Shown one piece after another: positions 1 through 8,720 of a stretch of DNA of 64,000 nt. Where the stretch lies: IMG/VR virus record IMGVR_UViG_3300028030_000008, positions 1 through 64,000 of that record. One strand, 5' to 3'. Numbering within the stretch: the stretch's first letter is position 1; each line of letters opens with the position of its first letter. The stretch is from a virus. The position numbers and the translations under genes are program-made. Under the pieces are notes generated by a model, which saw only the letters and a list, made by a program, of their open reading frames with translations, was not told where the DNA came from and made no database searches.

Positions 1-371
1 GGTGTACCCTGTGTGAGCCACTCGATAATTCCAAATTGACCACCATTGTATGTTGGATGGTTGATTGCTATTTCGCTCGTTACCGTAACACTGTCGCCTA
101 TCGTATCGCTTTTGTGCCTGATGGCGTCGCTTTCCACAAGTGTCGCGTCAAGGCTTGTGCCATGAAGTCGCTCACTCGCCCTGATACTTGGTTGGTCAAA
201 GGCGTCTCTTGGTTCTACTTTTCCTTTTGGCGCAAACTTTCTGATACTACCAAGAAGGTGTTGCATTGAAACTTCGAGTGCGTCTTCCGTTAATCTTGCA
301 GCACGTTTTTTGTCAAGAGACTTTTTAATGTCATCAAAGAGTACAGGAAAGCGATTTATATAGTCGCCCAT
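1..371 (-). CDS. Partial neck/tail-completion protein (HK97 gp10-like), runs off the window start
   Basis: Open frame from ATG at 371 (MGDYINRFPVLFDDIKKSLDKKRAARL...IIEWLTQGT), overlapping the adaptor stop; function inferred from position after capsid and adaptor; not in the ORF track. Confidence 0.5.
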   Translation of the reverse strand, partial: MGDYINRFPVLFDDIKKSLDKKRAARLTEDALEVSMQHLLGSIRKFAPKGKVEPRDAFDQPSIRASERLHGTSLDATLVESDAIRHKSDTIGDSVTVTSEIAINHPTYNGGQFGIIEWLTQGT

Positions 372-985
372 TCTCCAACTCCGGTATCGAAATCGCCAAG
401 ACTGTAAAGATAGTCCCAAGGTACATCAAGATACTCAAATACCTTTTGCATATTTTCGACTTTTTCAGTCATAGCCTTTAGGCTTTCGTGCTGCATTGGG
501 TTATAGTGGCCTTCCATATAGTCCGATGTTGGACCAGCGCGTCCTCTAAGTTGGCTTTCAGCTTCGGTGTCTGCATAGTAGCTGGCGCGAAATCTGGTCT
601 GGGAACGTCTACTTCTTGGGTCCCAGACCTGTAAAAGCTCGGCGTCGAACTCTTGTTTGAAAATGTTCTTTTGATCCCCTCTCCTGTTAGGATTTGACAC
701 TGTTGGGCCAGCAATCATTCCAGCCACACCGGTTACACACAACAGTTGAAGGTACTGAGTTTGACTAGCAGGCCAGTCCTCGTCATCTAAATCTTCAAAC
801 GGGATTACATAACCTGCTGATTGGAAGGTTCTCTCTATCTGCGCCGAAATCCAATTGATATACGTATCAACCTGTGTTTTACTTGGCGTAGTATGCCCAT
901 CCGCGAAGTCAGCACCACCCTTGAGTAAATGAGGGAACAGTAAACCGACTTGCGCGGACAGACAATAGGGAGACACTTGTGCCAT
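356..985 (-). CDS. Head-tail adaptor/connector (Mu gp36-like)
   Basis: Directly after the MCP; 'TPSKTQVDTYINWISAQIERTFQSAGYVIP' resembles gp36/Ad1 adaptors. Confidence 0.6.
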   Translation of the reverse strand: MAQVSPYCLSAQVGLLFPHLLKGGADFADGHTTPSKTQVDTYINWISAQIERTFQSAGYVIPFEDLDDEDWPASQTQYLQLLCVTGVAGMIAGPTVSNPNRRGDQKNIFKQEFDAELLQVWDPRSRRSQTRFRASYYADTEAESQLRGRAGPTSDYMEGHYNPMQHESLKAMTEKVENMQKVFEYLDVPWDYLYSLGDFDTGVGEWATI

Positions 986-996
986 GTGGCGTCATC

Positions 997-2208
997 CTAA
1001 GCTAATACTTGCAAAACCATCCGGTTAGCGCCTTCGTCCGCGTCGTCGCCATTCGTAAAGACAGGCCACGCGATAACGTTTACACCGACTTCGCGGTTGT
1101 AGTTGGGCTTGGGGTCTTTGAACGTCCAGGGCATCTTGCCGGGCTTCCAGCTTTCGTCAGCTTGCTCGATTGGCGCAGTACCCATTCGTAGCCCAATGTC
1201 GCCGGGCGGCAGAATGATAATCTTGTTACGCGGCAGGAAGTGGACGCGGGTTTTGGTAGCCGCAGAACCGAGACTTTCGGTTCTGTAAGTCCAGAACGCA
1301 TCGTAGGTCATAAAGTTCCAACCGAGTTTGGTCTTGATGTAGTCTTTAACATCTACATCAGTCACAAAATTTCGAGCGCCGGTTTGCTCTTTGTTTGAGC
1401 CAAGAATGTACTCTTTGATGTCGTCGTTTTCGGCCATCAAGTCAAAGGTGCTTTGGGGAACAATAACCGTGCCGCCCCAGAAGTCAATCCCGTACTTTTC
1501 TGAACCAATCTGGCGCATCAATCTAAACTGACCAAGGATGTCTGCGCTGGGGTCTGACCAATACTTTCTTTGGTCAGCGGTAGCGGCAGAGCCAGCGTAA
1601 TTCACCAAACTGGCAACGTCCTGATTCATGTCAGATGGCATTGGGAAAGTCCAAGTGCCAGAGTATTCAGCGTTCCAGTGAGCCGGGGGGTTGCTAATTG
1701 CAGAGCCAGCGTCGTTTACCGGAGGCCAAACCAGAGAGCCAAGCAAGGCGTGGACGGTGAAGTATTCCAAAGTAACATCAACGTCGTCTTCACACAAGCT
1801 CATTTTGCGTTGAATTTCTTTGGCGATGGCCCGTTTGTTGCGCTTGCTAACAGAAGTGTTGCCAGCATTGAAAACTGCAAGCTCTCCGGCTTCTCGTATC
1901 TTTTGAACAATGTTTGGTTTAATGTTTCGAGCAGATTTTACATCCTGCATCGAGAGCATCATCGTAGAGAACAGCGGGTCGCCAACAGGGATTGCTTGCC
2001 CATCAGGGGCGTACAGGCCAGCCAGGTTGCTTTCGGCCTGTGTTTTTTCTAAAAGAACTTCCCTTTCGTAAAAGTTCTCAAACGGCGCAAGCTTTGGTTG
2101 AAGATATTTCTGTCGCCAACCTCGCTTGGAGTCGTCAGGGCGCTCATTTAGCACCTTATACAAGAACTTCGGAGTCAAGGGATTTAACGGGAATAAATCA
2201 GTAGCCAT
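997..2208 (-). CDS. Major capsid protein (HK97 fold, lambda E-like)
   Basis: 403 aa; follows protease and decoration genes; strong RBS GGAGG; 'WSDPSADILG' and C-terminal 'FLPRNKIIILP...AWPV' typical of the cap E family. Confidence 0.85.
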   Translation of the reverse strand: MATDLFPLNPLTPKFLYKVLNERPDDSKRGWRQKYLQPKLAPFENFYEREVLLEKTQAESNLAGLYAPDGQAIPVGDPLFSTMMLSMQDVKSARNIKPNIVQKIREAGELAVFNAGNTSVSKRNKRAIAKEIQRKMSLCEDDVDVTLEYFTVHALLGSLVWPPVNDAGSAISNPPAHWNAEYSGTWTFPMPSDMNQDVASLVNYAGSAATADQRKYWSDPSADILGQFRLMRQIGSEKYGIDFWGGTVIVPQSTFDLMAENDDIKEYILGSNKEQTGARNFVTDVDVKDYIKTKLGWNFMTYDAFWTYRTESLGSAATKTRVHFLPRNKIIILPPGDIGLRMGTAPIEQADESWKPGKMPWTFKDPKPNYNREVGVNVIAWPVFTNGDDADEGANRMVLQVLA

Positions 2209-2219
2209 TTGTATCCTCC

Positions 2220-2618
2220 TTAAACCCAGTGAATGTCGGCCAGATGGCCCTTAATCGTAGACGAAACAGAACCCAAAGAGCCACCCAGGACATAGCAATT
2301 GCCTTCGATGATTTCGCCGTGATACACAGGCGTCATCCCGTAGTTTCCGTGCGTTACGTCAATAAAGTCATCAGCAAATACACCAACGGCGGTGTCAGAG
2401 CCAGTTCCATAAGCGGCAGAGGAGTTGTAGGGAACGAATTGACCAAGGTCGGTGTTCTTTGCAATAATCAAGCCGGGTCGTACTTCTTTGACACCGTTTG
2501 CGTCTTCGGGCCAGTAAGTTGCGGCAAACTCAAGCCCGATCAATTTCATGATGCCGGTTTGGTTGGCGATTACTTCCCGGATATTTTCACGCGCTTGCCA
2601 GTCTGTTTGATAAGGCAT
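2220..2618 (-). CDS. Head decoration protein
   Basis: 132 aa between scaffold and MCP; 'PGLIIAK...FVPYNSSAAYGTGSDTAVGVF' typical of gpD-like decoration proteins. Confidence 0.7.
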   Translation of the reverse strand: MPYQTDWQARENIREVIANQTGIMKLIGLEFAATYWPEDANGVKEVRPGLIIAKNTDLGQFVPYNSSAAYGTGSDTAVGVFADDFIDVTHGNYGMTPVYHGEIIEGNCYVLGGSLGSVSSTIKGHLADIHWV

Positions 2619-3178
2619 TATTTAACCTCCCAAAGAGCTTTGGCTGCTTCGTCGAGTTCATCGTCGCTCAGAGCGGTAGATTCTTCGCCGCCATGCTCTT
2701 TATCCATACGCTCGTCTTCGCCTGCGGTTTTGCCCTCAAAACCAATAGTGCGGTCAAGGTTCTGCGCTAGGCTAAGAAAAGCTCTAGTGTAATAACTGCG
2801 AACATCTTCAAGGCTGTAGTTGTCTTCGAGCTTGATTTCTCCATCTTCCCCTAACGGGGCTTCCAAGAGAACTTTTTCAATCGTCTCAAGGGTGACTGCT
2901 GGTAATATTTTACCGTCTTTCGGCAACTTAATATCAGCCATCAGTGCGCGGACATTGGCCTCGCGTTTAGCCTTTTTCAACGCAAGGTTGTCAGCTTCGA
3001 GAGCTTCAAGTCGAGCTTGTAAAGCCGCCGGAATTTCAGGCTCGGGTTCGGGAAGTTGAGCTTCCAGTGCCTTCACCTTATTTTCCAATTCATCAACCTT
3101 GCTTTCCAAACCCGCAATAGTTGACTCGGCCTCGTTGAGCTTTACATTATGCTCCTCAAGGGTAATGGTGTCAGTCAT
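2618..3178 (-). CDS. Nested in-frame scaffold protein (Mu gpZ-like internal start)
   Basis: GAGGAGGATGCT-ATG at 3178, in frame, at the start of the coiled-coil part. Confidence 0.65.
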   Translation of the reverse strand: MTDTITLEEHNVKLNEAESTIAGLESKVDELENKVKALEAQLPEPEPEIPAALQARLEALEADNLALKKAKREANVRALMADIKLPKDGKILPAVTLETIEKVLLEAPLGEDGEIKLEDNYSLEDVRSYYTRAFLSLAQNLDRTIGFEGKTAGEDERMDKEHGGEESTALSDDELDEAAKALWEVK

Positions 3179-3718
3179 AGCATCCTCCTCTGTAGGATTT
3201 TCAAACATAGAGTTTCCATTTTCATTAACTTCTAAAACCACCTCTTGACCGTAAGAAGCGGACATTAGTCTATTTGAAGTGTAATTGGGGTGATATTCAA
3301 TCGAGGCTGCGGCGTAACCCAATAGAGCATCTTTCGCCGCTTTTGATACAACAGGGCCGTGACCAACCAGTAGCTTGTCGCCACCCACTTCCTCTTGTTG
3401 TATCCATCCGTTCTTGCTCTTCTCGAACCATACTAGCATGCCAAGTTCTGGTCGGTGACGAATATCAAGACCAACTTGCCCATCGTAGACCTCATTCTCC
3501 CAGTTCTTGAGAAATTCTTCGTACTCATCATCAAAAAACTTGAGAGTTTCACCCGTTCGCCCGTAGCGGTACTTACCCTGCACCATAAACGGGACACGGG
3601 CATATTCAACCCCATCCTTATCGTAAAATTCAATGGGGTGTTTTCTTAGGCGAACATTGGGGCGGTTGGTTGCGGCTACCCCTAGAATTGTTTTACCATT
3701 TCCTGTTTTGTTTGCCAT
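2618..3718 (-). CDS. Prohead protease-scaffold fusion (Mu gpI-like)
   Basis: N-terminal protease-like motifs 'GLDIRH' and 'YAAASIEY'; C-terminal coiled coil; start moved to ATG 3718 because the TTG at 3790 lies upstream of a terminator. Confidence 0.75.
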   Translation of the reverse strand: MANKTGNGKTILGVAATNRPNVRLRKHPIEFYDKDGVEYARVPFMVQGKYRYGRTGETLKFFDDEYEEFLKNWENEVYDGQVGLDIRHRPELGMLVWFEKSKNGWIQQEEVGGDKLLVGHGPVVSKAAKDALLGYAAASIEYHPNYTSNRLMSASYGQEVVLEVNENGNSMFENPTEEDAMTDTITLEEHNVKLNEAESTIAGLESKVDELENKVKALEAQLPEPEPEIPAALQARLEALEADNLALKKAKREANVRALMADIKLPKDGKILPAVTLETIEKVLLEAPLGEDGEIKLEDNYSLEDVRSYYTRAFLSLAQNLDRTIGFEGKTAGEDERMDKEHGGEESTALSDDELDEAAKALWEVK

Positions 3719-3744
3719 ATCTTCAAGCCCTTGTTTTTGGACAT

Positions 3745-3774
3745 AAAAAAAAGCAGCGGTCTTCGGACCGCTGC
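3745..3774 (-). terminator. Intrinsic terminator
   Basis: GCAGCGGTC-CGAA-GACCGCTGC 9-bp stem followed by 8 T on the - strand. Confidence 0.85.
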
Positions 3775-3916
3775 GGGTAAGAGTTATCAATTAGTGTCGT
3801 GACTGCTCCCCCGGCTAAAGTATGGGGGCTTCTACAGTGGTCTAACCACTGAGACTCACCAGTCCGCGAGTCAGAATGTTGATTACCGCGCTAAGGTCGC
3901 GGTCAATCTTGAGTCC
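3775..3916 (-). ncRNA. Orphan IS200/IS605 right end / TnpB omegaRNA scaffold plus ~24-nt guide
   Basis: Translates as the TnpB C-terminal remnant (Y)GLKIDRDLSAVINILTRGL; right-end hairpin GAAGCCCCCATACTTTAGCCGGGGGAGCAG-TCAC ending at 3799; then GACACTAATTGATAACTCTTACCC. Confidence 0.75.
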
Positions 3917-3945
3917 ATAATATCATGAAATTATAAATATGTCAA
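3917..3945 (-). promoter_or_regulatory. Sigma70 promoter driving the omegaRNA / head leader
   Basis: TTGACA-17-TATTAT with a TG extension. Confidence 0.8.
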
Positions 3946-3982
3946 GTCAACCATCTTTGTTACAAAAAACCATAAGTGTTTT

Positions 3983-4011
3983 TTGCTAGAATATGACAAA
4001 CGTGCTATAAT
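3983..4011 (+). promoter_or_regulatory. Sigma70 promoter, leaderless mRNA
   Basis: TTGCTA-17-TATAAT (TG extended), 6 nt, then ATG 4018. Confidence 0.75.
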
Positions 4012-4017
4012 ACTACT

Positions 4018-4545
4018 ATGTCAAAGATAAACATACGCTATCCATCCACAGTTCAGCCCTCTCAGATTTGGGAGGGCGGAGGCAAGTCAATTGAAAAGCA
4101 CTACGTAATGGTGCTAAGAGTTGATGATGAGTACGCATATTGTTTCTCTTGTGGTAGCTTTCGAGAAACAAGAATTAAGCTATCCCGCTTTAATGCAAAG
4201 ACAACCGGATACTTCTTTGTTGCTAATCTTCTTGATTTAATCGAGAAGAGTAAGGGGTTTGTAACACCAATAGTTAATGAGAGAACATTCTTCCGCTTCC
4301 TTAGTGGCTTTCTATATCACAAGGATTACAGCGAAGGTAACGCGGCACAACTAACCCGTTGGTTGGATTATGAAATGACAAGACCAGAGAATGTTGATAG
4401 AAGTTACCCCAAGATACTGGATAGATACTTTACGGTGTACTTACCTTACGCAAAGAACTTGACAGCCAAAGCAAAGGATATTGACGAATTACTGTTTACA
4501 TTGAGCAGTAGAGGAGTATGGGATGAAAGAACTGGTTTGGTTTGA
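4018..4545 (+). CDS. Hypothetical protein
   Basis: 175-aa ORF with leaderless promoter. Confidence 0.7.
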   Translation: MSKINIRYPSTVQPSQIWEGGGKSIEKHYVMVLRVDDEYAYCFSCGSFRETRIKLSRFNAKTTGYFFVANLLDLIEKSKGFVTPIVNERTFFRFLSGFLYHKDYSEGNAAQLTRWLDYEMTRPENVDRSYPKILDRYFTVYLPYAKNLTAKAKDIDELLFTLSSRGVWDERTGLV

Positions 4546-5146
4546 TCTCGAAACATCTGGTCTTGACATGCAAAGGCATCAAATTATTCAAATTGCAATG
4601 ATTGCTACCGACCACAACCTTGAAATTTTAGAGACAGAAGCTTTCAAGTTAGAGTTTAGCGTCAAAATTGCAAGCCCTGATGCTCTAAAGGTTAATGGGT
4701 ATAGTGAAGAAAAATGGGAAGACGCAATTGGGCAACTTGAGGGAGTAGAGCGCATCAGGAGCTTCATGGAAAAACATGCAACATGGCAAAAACAAGGCAG
4801 TACGCATAAGTTCGCTGAACTTGCCGGGCACAATGTTGCTCTGTTTGATGCTCCGTTTTTAAGCGCATACTTTAAGCGAGCCAAAACATTTCTACCAGCA
4901 ACGCACTGGACTGGCGGACAAGTTGACACCCTGCAAATGGCAAAGTCGTACTTTTTTGCAATGGGTATTCAGGATAGCTTGAAACTCGGAAGCCTTTGCA
5001 AGCGGTTTGGGATTAAACTCGAAAACGCTCACGACGCGCTGGCTGACGTGATGGCGACGATTGAACTAGCGAAAGTGTTAAAAAATCAGATTGGATGTCA
5101 AGACAAGCTGGTGAGAGAGGCAATTAAACAAGGGGGTGTAATTTGA
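4523..5146 (+). CDS. DEDDh 3'-5' exonuclease (DnaQ-like)
   Basis: FDLETSGL, GHNVALFD, HDALADV motifs. Confidence 0.9.
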   Translation: MKELVWFDLETSGLDMQRHQIIQIAMIATDHNLEILETEAFKLEFSVKIASPDALKVNGYSEEKWEDAIGQLEGVERIRSFMEKHATWQKQGSTHKFAELAGHNVALFDAPFLSAYFKRAKTFLPATHWTGGQVDTLQMAKSYFFAMGIQDSLKLGSLCKRFGIKLENAHDALADVMATIELAKVLKNQIGCQDKLVREAIKQGGVI

Positions 5147-5463
5147 ATACAATTACGCTTACAATTGACGTAATGGATGAATGGAGTTTAGATTTAGCCG
5201 TTGGTGCAATACCAAAAGAGAAGAAGGACGAGTTATATAAATTCGCAAAAACATTGAAGGACAATCAGCAAGTAGTAAAGGCATCCAGAGAGCTATATGA
5301 CAAGGTTGCGATTGTCACAGACGCTTACTTGTATGAGTTCGGTGGCGCAAACTATGTTGAAGTGTACTACGTAATGCTTGAGGTGCTAAAAGCTCTTGCG
5401 TCAAATGGGCAAATTATAGACACTGCAACGGCATCCAAGGAAAACCAAGAGGAGGTATCATGA
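5143..5463 (+). CDS. Hypothetical protein
   Basis: ORF with coupled stop/start overlaps. Confidence 0.6.
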   Translation: MNTITLTIDVMDEWSLDLAVGAIPKEKKDELYKFAKTLKDNQQVVKASRELYDKVAIVTDAYLYEFGGANYVEVYYVMLEVLKALASNGQIIDTATASKENQEEVS

Positions 5464-5801
5464 AAATCAAAGGCGTAGCTGCAACAACACTTCCGTTTAA
5501 TATTCACAGTGGACTATTTCAATTTTCCATAGAACAGTTGCAAATGTTGGCAAGAACCGCAGTTGGAGTCTCTGTAACAAGAGACTTTTTACCCGGAAGA
5601 TTGGGTGTGGTAAGCAAGGCATTTGTGGAAGATGGCAACTTGATTATCGAGGCTGATTTGGATAATGCTGAGTTGTTAGATGGGTGGCACATCGTTCCAT
5701 CCTACACCTCTCATGATTTTGCCACATTAGAAATGTCATTAACGCAAAGCCCCGCAGATAAGAGCTTGCCACAGGTAGAAAGATTGAACTTGGAGGAATG
5801 A
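5460..5801 (+). CDS. Small protein resembling a degenerate HK97/herpes-type prohead protease fold
   Basis: 'IKGVAAT...LGVVSKAFVEDGNLIIEA...LEMSLTQSPAD' pattern; catalytic His position appears to be Phe. Confidence 0.45.
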   Translation: MKIKGVAATTLPFNIHSGLFQFSIEQLQMLARTAVGVSVTRDFLPGRLGVVSKAFVEDGNLIIEADLDNAELLDGWHIVPSYTSHDFATLEMSLTQSPADKSLPQVERLNLEE

Positions 5802-5995
5802 TGACTAAGCAGAGACACACTAGAAGCTGCAAAACAGACCCTATATTGTTTATCGAGAAATACTGTACTATTGACGGTAAGCCAATTGTACTGTCTGAAT
5901 TACAAAAAACCTTCTTGAAACAAGAAATCATAATTCCATCATCTGGCGACGCAGAGTTTAAATTGTTATCCTTGGAACAAAAGAGCGAGGCATAA
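5798..5995 (+). CDS. Small protein resembling the TerL N-terminal subdomain
   Basis: CKTDPILFIEKYC...LQ versus the phage's own TerL CRKDPRYFIENYC...FQ. Confidence 0.6.
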   Translation: MMTKQRHTRSCKTDPILFIEKYCTIDGKPIVLSELQKTFLKQEIIIPSSGDAEFKLLSLEQKSEA

Positions 5996-6303
5996 TGACA
6001 TTTATTGCGCCAATTTTAAAACGAACGGTTATCACCGGCGACTGCATCGTTAAGGACGGTAGAGGAAAGGGTTTTAGGTGTACACACCCAGATGTAACAC
6101 ACTTGGGCATTGAAAGAAAACTTTCTCTTGATAAAGAAAGACCATATATAGCTATAGAACGCAGTCAGTGCAAGTTTTGCGATGCGTATATTGAAGAATT
6201 TTGGCTAACCGCGTATCCAGATTACGAAAGCGGAGTAGCCGCAATGGGTGTTGCAAATTCGGTAATTGCTGGTGTTGATAAACTCGATAAAAGGGAGGGA
6301 TAA
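5995..6303 (+). CDS. Hypothetical protein (Cys/His, possible Zn-binding)
   Basis: CTH...CKFC; RBS GAGG. Confidence 0.6.
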   Translation: MTFIAPILKRTVITGDCIVKDGRGKGFRCTHPDVTHLGIERKLSLDKERPYIAIERSQCKFCDAYIEEFWLTAYPDYESGVAAMGVANSVIAGVDKLDKREG

Positions 6304-6726
6304 GTGTGTCATCATAAATGGAAAGAGATTTTAGCGGAAGACTACATTGGTGGTCTGATTGGGTTAAAATGCGAGAAATGCGGAAAATTTCTCTCAGAAA
6401 CAGAACATGGGTTATCTAAACATGTAAACGAGCTGGAAGATGCAGTTGCGGATGCCGGAGTTGTGTTTCGCAAGATGCCAGTAGAGGATGGATTTGCTGT
6501 TGTTGTTCGCGGTGATTGGCACAAAAAACTCTCAAAAGTGCCCGGAAGTAAAACACAGTTTATGCCGTACATTGATAGAGTTATGTTGACCATCGGCGAC
6601 ACAAAGGATAGCGGAGCAATTGTCATTCCAGTAGTCAAGGATACGGAGTTTGAAGTTGTAGAGCTTGATGGGCACAACGAGAATGAATGGGATATTGAAA
6701 TCATATTTAACAAAAAGGAGAAATAA
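6304..6726 (+). CDS. Hypothetical protein with N-terminal Zn ribbon
   Basis: CHHKW...CEKCG; RBS GGAGG. Confidence 0.65.
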   Translation: MCHHKWKEILAEDYIGGLIGLKCEKCGKFLSETEHGLSKHVNELEDAVADAGVVFRKMPVEDGFAVVVRGDWHKKLSKVPGSKTQFMPYIDRVMLTIGDTKDSGAIVIPVVKDTEFEVVELDGHNENEWDIEIIFNKKEK

Positions 6727-7140
6727 ATGTATCAAAAGCTTACAATCATAGGAAACTTGGGCAGAGATCCGGTAATGAAATTTATGCCAAACGGCGACGC
6801 TGTAACAACCTTTAGTGTAGCTACGAGTAATAAGTACACAACAAAGGATGGTAGCAAGGTCGAGGAAACAACTTGGTTTAGAGTTACGGCTTGGCGACGA
6901 CTTGCAGAGATATGCAACCAGTATTTATCGAAAGGTTCAAAGGTGTTTATTGAGGGTAGACTGACGCCGGACAAGGAAACCGGCAGCCCTAGAGTTTACG
7001 AGGCCAACGATGGAACGCACAGAGCGTCTTTTGAGGTCTTGGCTCTTGAGGTTAAATTTCTAAGTAGTAAGGGTGATGTTGCCGCGAAACCACAGCAAGC
7101 ACAAACCCAAGAAGCGCCAGAGGAACAGATACCGTTTTAG
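6727..7140 (+). CDS. ssb: Single-stranded DNA-binding protein
   Basis: IIGNLGRDP, TTWFRVTAW, GSKVFIEGRL, C-terminal IPF. Confidence 0.97.
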   Translation: MYQKLTIIGNLGRDPVMKFMPNGDAVTTFSVATSNKYTTKDGSKVEETTWFRVTAWRRLAEICNQYLSKGSKVFIEGRLTPDKETGSPRVYEANDGTHRASFEVLALEVKFLSSKGDVAAKPQQAQTQEAPEEQIPF

Positions 7141-7186
7141 GCTACTAATTTCTCACTAATATCTCGCAAATTAGTATGGAGAGACA

Positions 7187-7720
7187 ATGCGACAAGCAAC
7201 AACTGATGGAAGACGAATAGTTCAAGCCCCTTGTCCGCCAGATGGCTACCACTCAACAACAGGTGTTGTTAGCGTAACGCTTTCTGACGACGAGGAAGTT
7301 GAATGGATATATTCGCCAGATGGGAAAAGTGTTATTGGGTATACTATCAAGAAAAAGAATAACACATCTCTTGGTGCAATTGATGTGTTACCAAACGGTA
7401 AACAGGCAGTAGCGCCTACGTTTTACTCGTACAAGGACGCGAAACCACCATACGACATCATCCTTGGTTTTACCAAGGCAAAAGAGAAAAGTGAAATCGC
7501 CATCGGTGTTCACAGCCTGCTAAAATCCCTTAACAGGTCTACTATAAGCTACGATACCGCGAAAAGGGTTATTCAGAGGAGAATGAAAAGAGCGATACTA
7601 GAGTTAAAGCCATCGGCAACTGTACATGACATGGAGAGTGCGTTGAAAAATTCAGACAATTGGTATTACAAGGCGTTTGGTAAAGATGACAGGCATCAAA
7701 ACCGGGAGAGGACAAAATAA
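7187..7720 (+). CDS. Hypothetical protein
   Basis: 177-aa ORF, RBS GGAG. Confidence 0.65.
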   Translation: MRQATTDGRRIVQAPCPPDGYHSTTGVVSVTLSDDEEVEWIYSPDGKSVIGYTIKKKNNTSLGAIDVLPNGKQAVAPTFYSYKDAKPPYDIILGFTKAKEKSEIAIGVHSLLKSLNRSTISYDTAKRVIQRRMKRAILELKPSATVHDMESALKNSDNWYYKAFGKDDRHQNRERTK

Positions 7721-8289
7721 TGCTAAGACGTGATTTCTTAAAGCTAATGGGAGCTATAACGCTCGGTGGCCTTACATTCCAAACAATAAAGCTGTTTCCC
7801 GGCGATAATACCAACATTGATGTTGTATTACGATTGGGAACAGACGGACAAAATTCTTTATCAAAAGCCAATGATGTTGACAGTTATGTTGGATGCAAGA
7901 ATGGCAAATCCGTTGAGTTTGGTAAATTGAAGTCTATGTCTGTGGAATATTCCTCTGCGCTTAACATCCCTGATAATGTCACAGAGATATTCATTGAAGC
8001 ACATGTGAGCGTAATAAACAGCGACGCCTTGGATTTCTTGCAAGAAGGAGACCGCTTTGCTTGCAGCAAGCGCATCATCACACCCGATGTGCCAGTTGCA
8101 ATAACGACAATGAATCCGGCAGAGGGGTTGGATTTTGTTATTATCACACTGTACTCTTGTAGGGTTGAGTTTGATAAAGAGTCTTCTATTGTTAAGATTA
8201 GAACTAACGGAGATGGCGGTGAATTTGCCAGCTTGTATGCTTCGCCAATGCAAAGAGGTATTCCAATGAGTGCGTTGGTAACTGCTTAA
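7720..8289 (+). CDS. Hypothetical protein with twin-arginine (Tat)-like N-terminus
   Basis: MLRRDFLKLMGAITLGG. Confidence 0.6.
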   Translation: MLRRDFLKLMGAITLGGLTFQTIKLFPGDNTNIDVVLRLGTDGQNSLSKANDVDSYVGCKNGKSVEFGKLKSMSVEYSSALNIPDNVTEIFIEAHVSVINSDALDFLQEGDRFACSKRIITPDVPVAITTMNPAEGLDFVIITLYSCRVEFDKESSIVKIRTNGDGGEFASLYASPMQRGIPMSALVTA

Positions 8290-8306
8290 GATTAAGAGAG
8301 GGGTAA

Positions 8307-8720
8307 ATGGACAAAGGTAGATGTATTCAACACACGCATCGAGACCTCAAAGGAATGACTTGGTGCGGAAGAGAAATCGAACCGACAGGTTGGGTGTTTC
8401 AAAATATAGACCATGCTGTATACAACGAAGCCGTTGGTGGTGTTAAATGCTGCATAGAATGTAAAAAAGAAATAGACAAGATTTGGCATTACGGACACAC
8501 AAGAGATTTAGAATTGCAACTAAAAGAGAAAGGAATGGATTTGACAGACGAGCAAAAACGCGCAACTGAAAAATACAATCGTTTTCGGGAAGAAACATCA
8601 AAGCTGTACTGGGAGCAAGTACGTAGAATTAAAGCCGAAGACGAAGCGAGACGCAAGAGTAACTTAAAGAATGACAAAAAAGGGATTAGGGATGATACTA
8701 GGCGACAAACAAATAGCTGA
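8307..8720 (+). CDS. Hypothetical protein (Cys/His-rich N-terminus)
   Basis: WCGR...CCIEC. Confidence 0.6.
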   Translation: MDKGRCIQHTHRDLKGMTWCGREIEPTGWVFQNIDHAVYNEAVGGVKCCIECKKEIDKIWHYGHTRDLELQLKEKGMDLTDEQKRATEKYNRFREETSKLYWEQVRRIKAEDEARRKSNLKNDKKGIRDDTRRQTNS

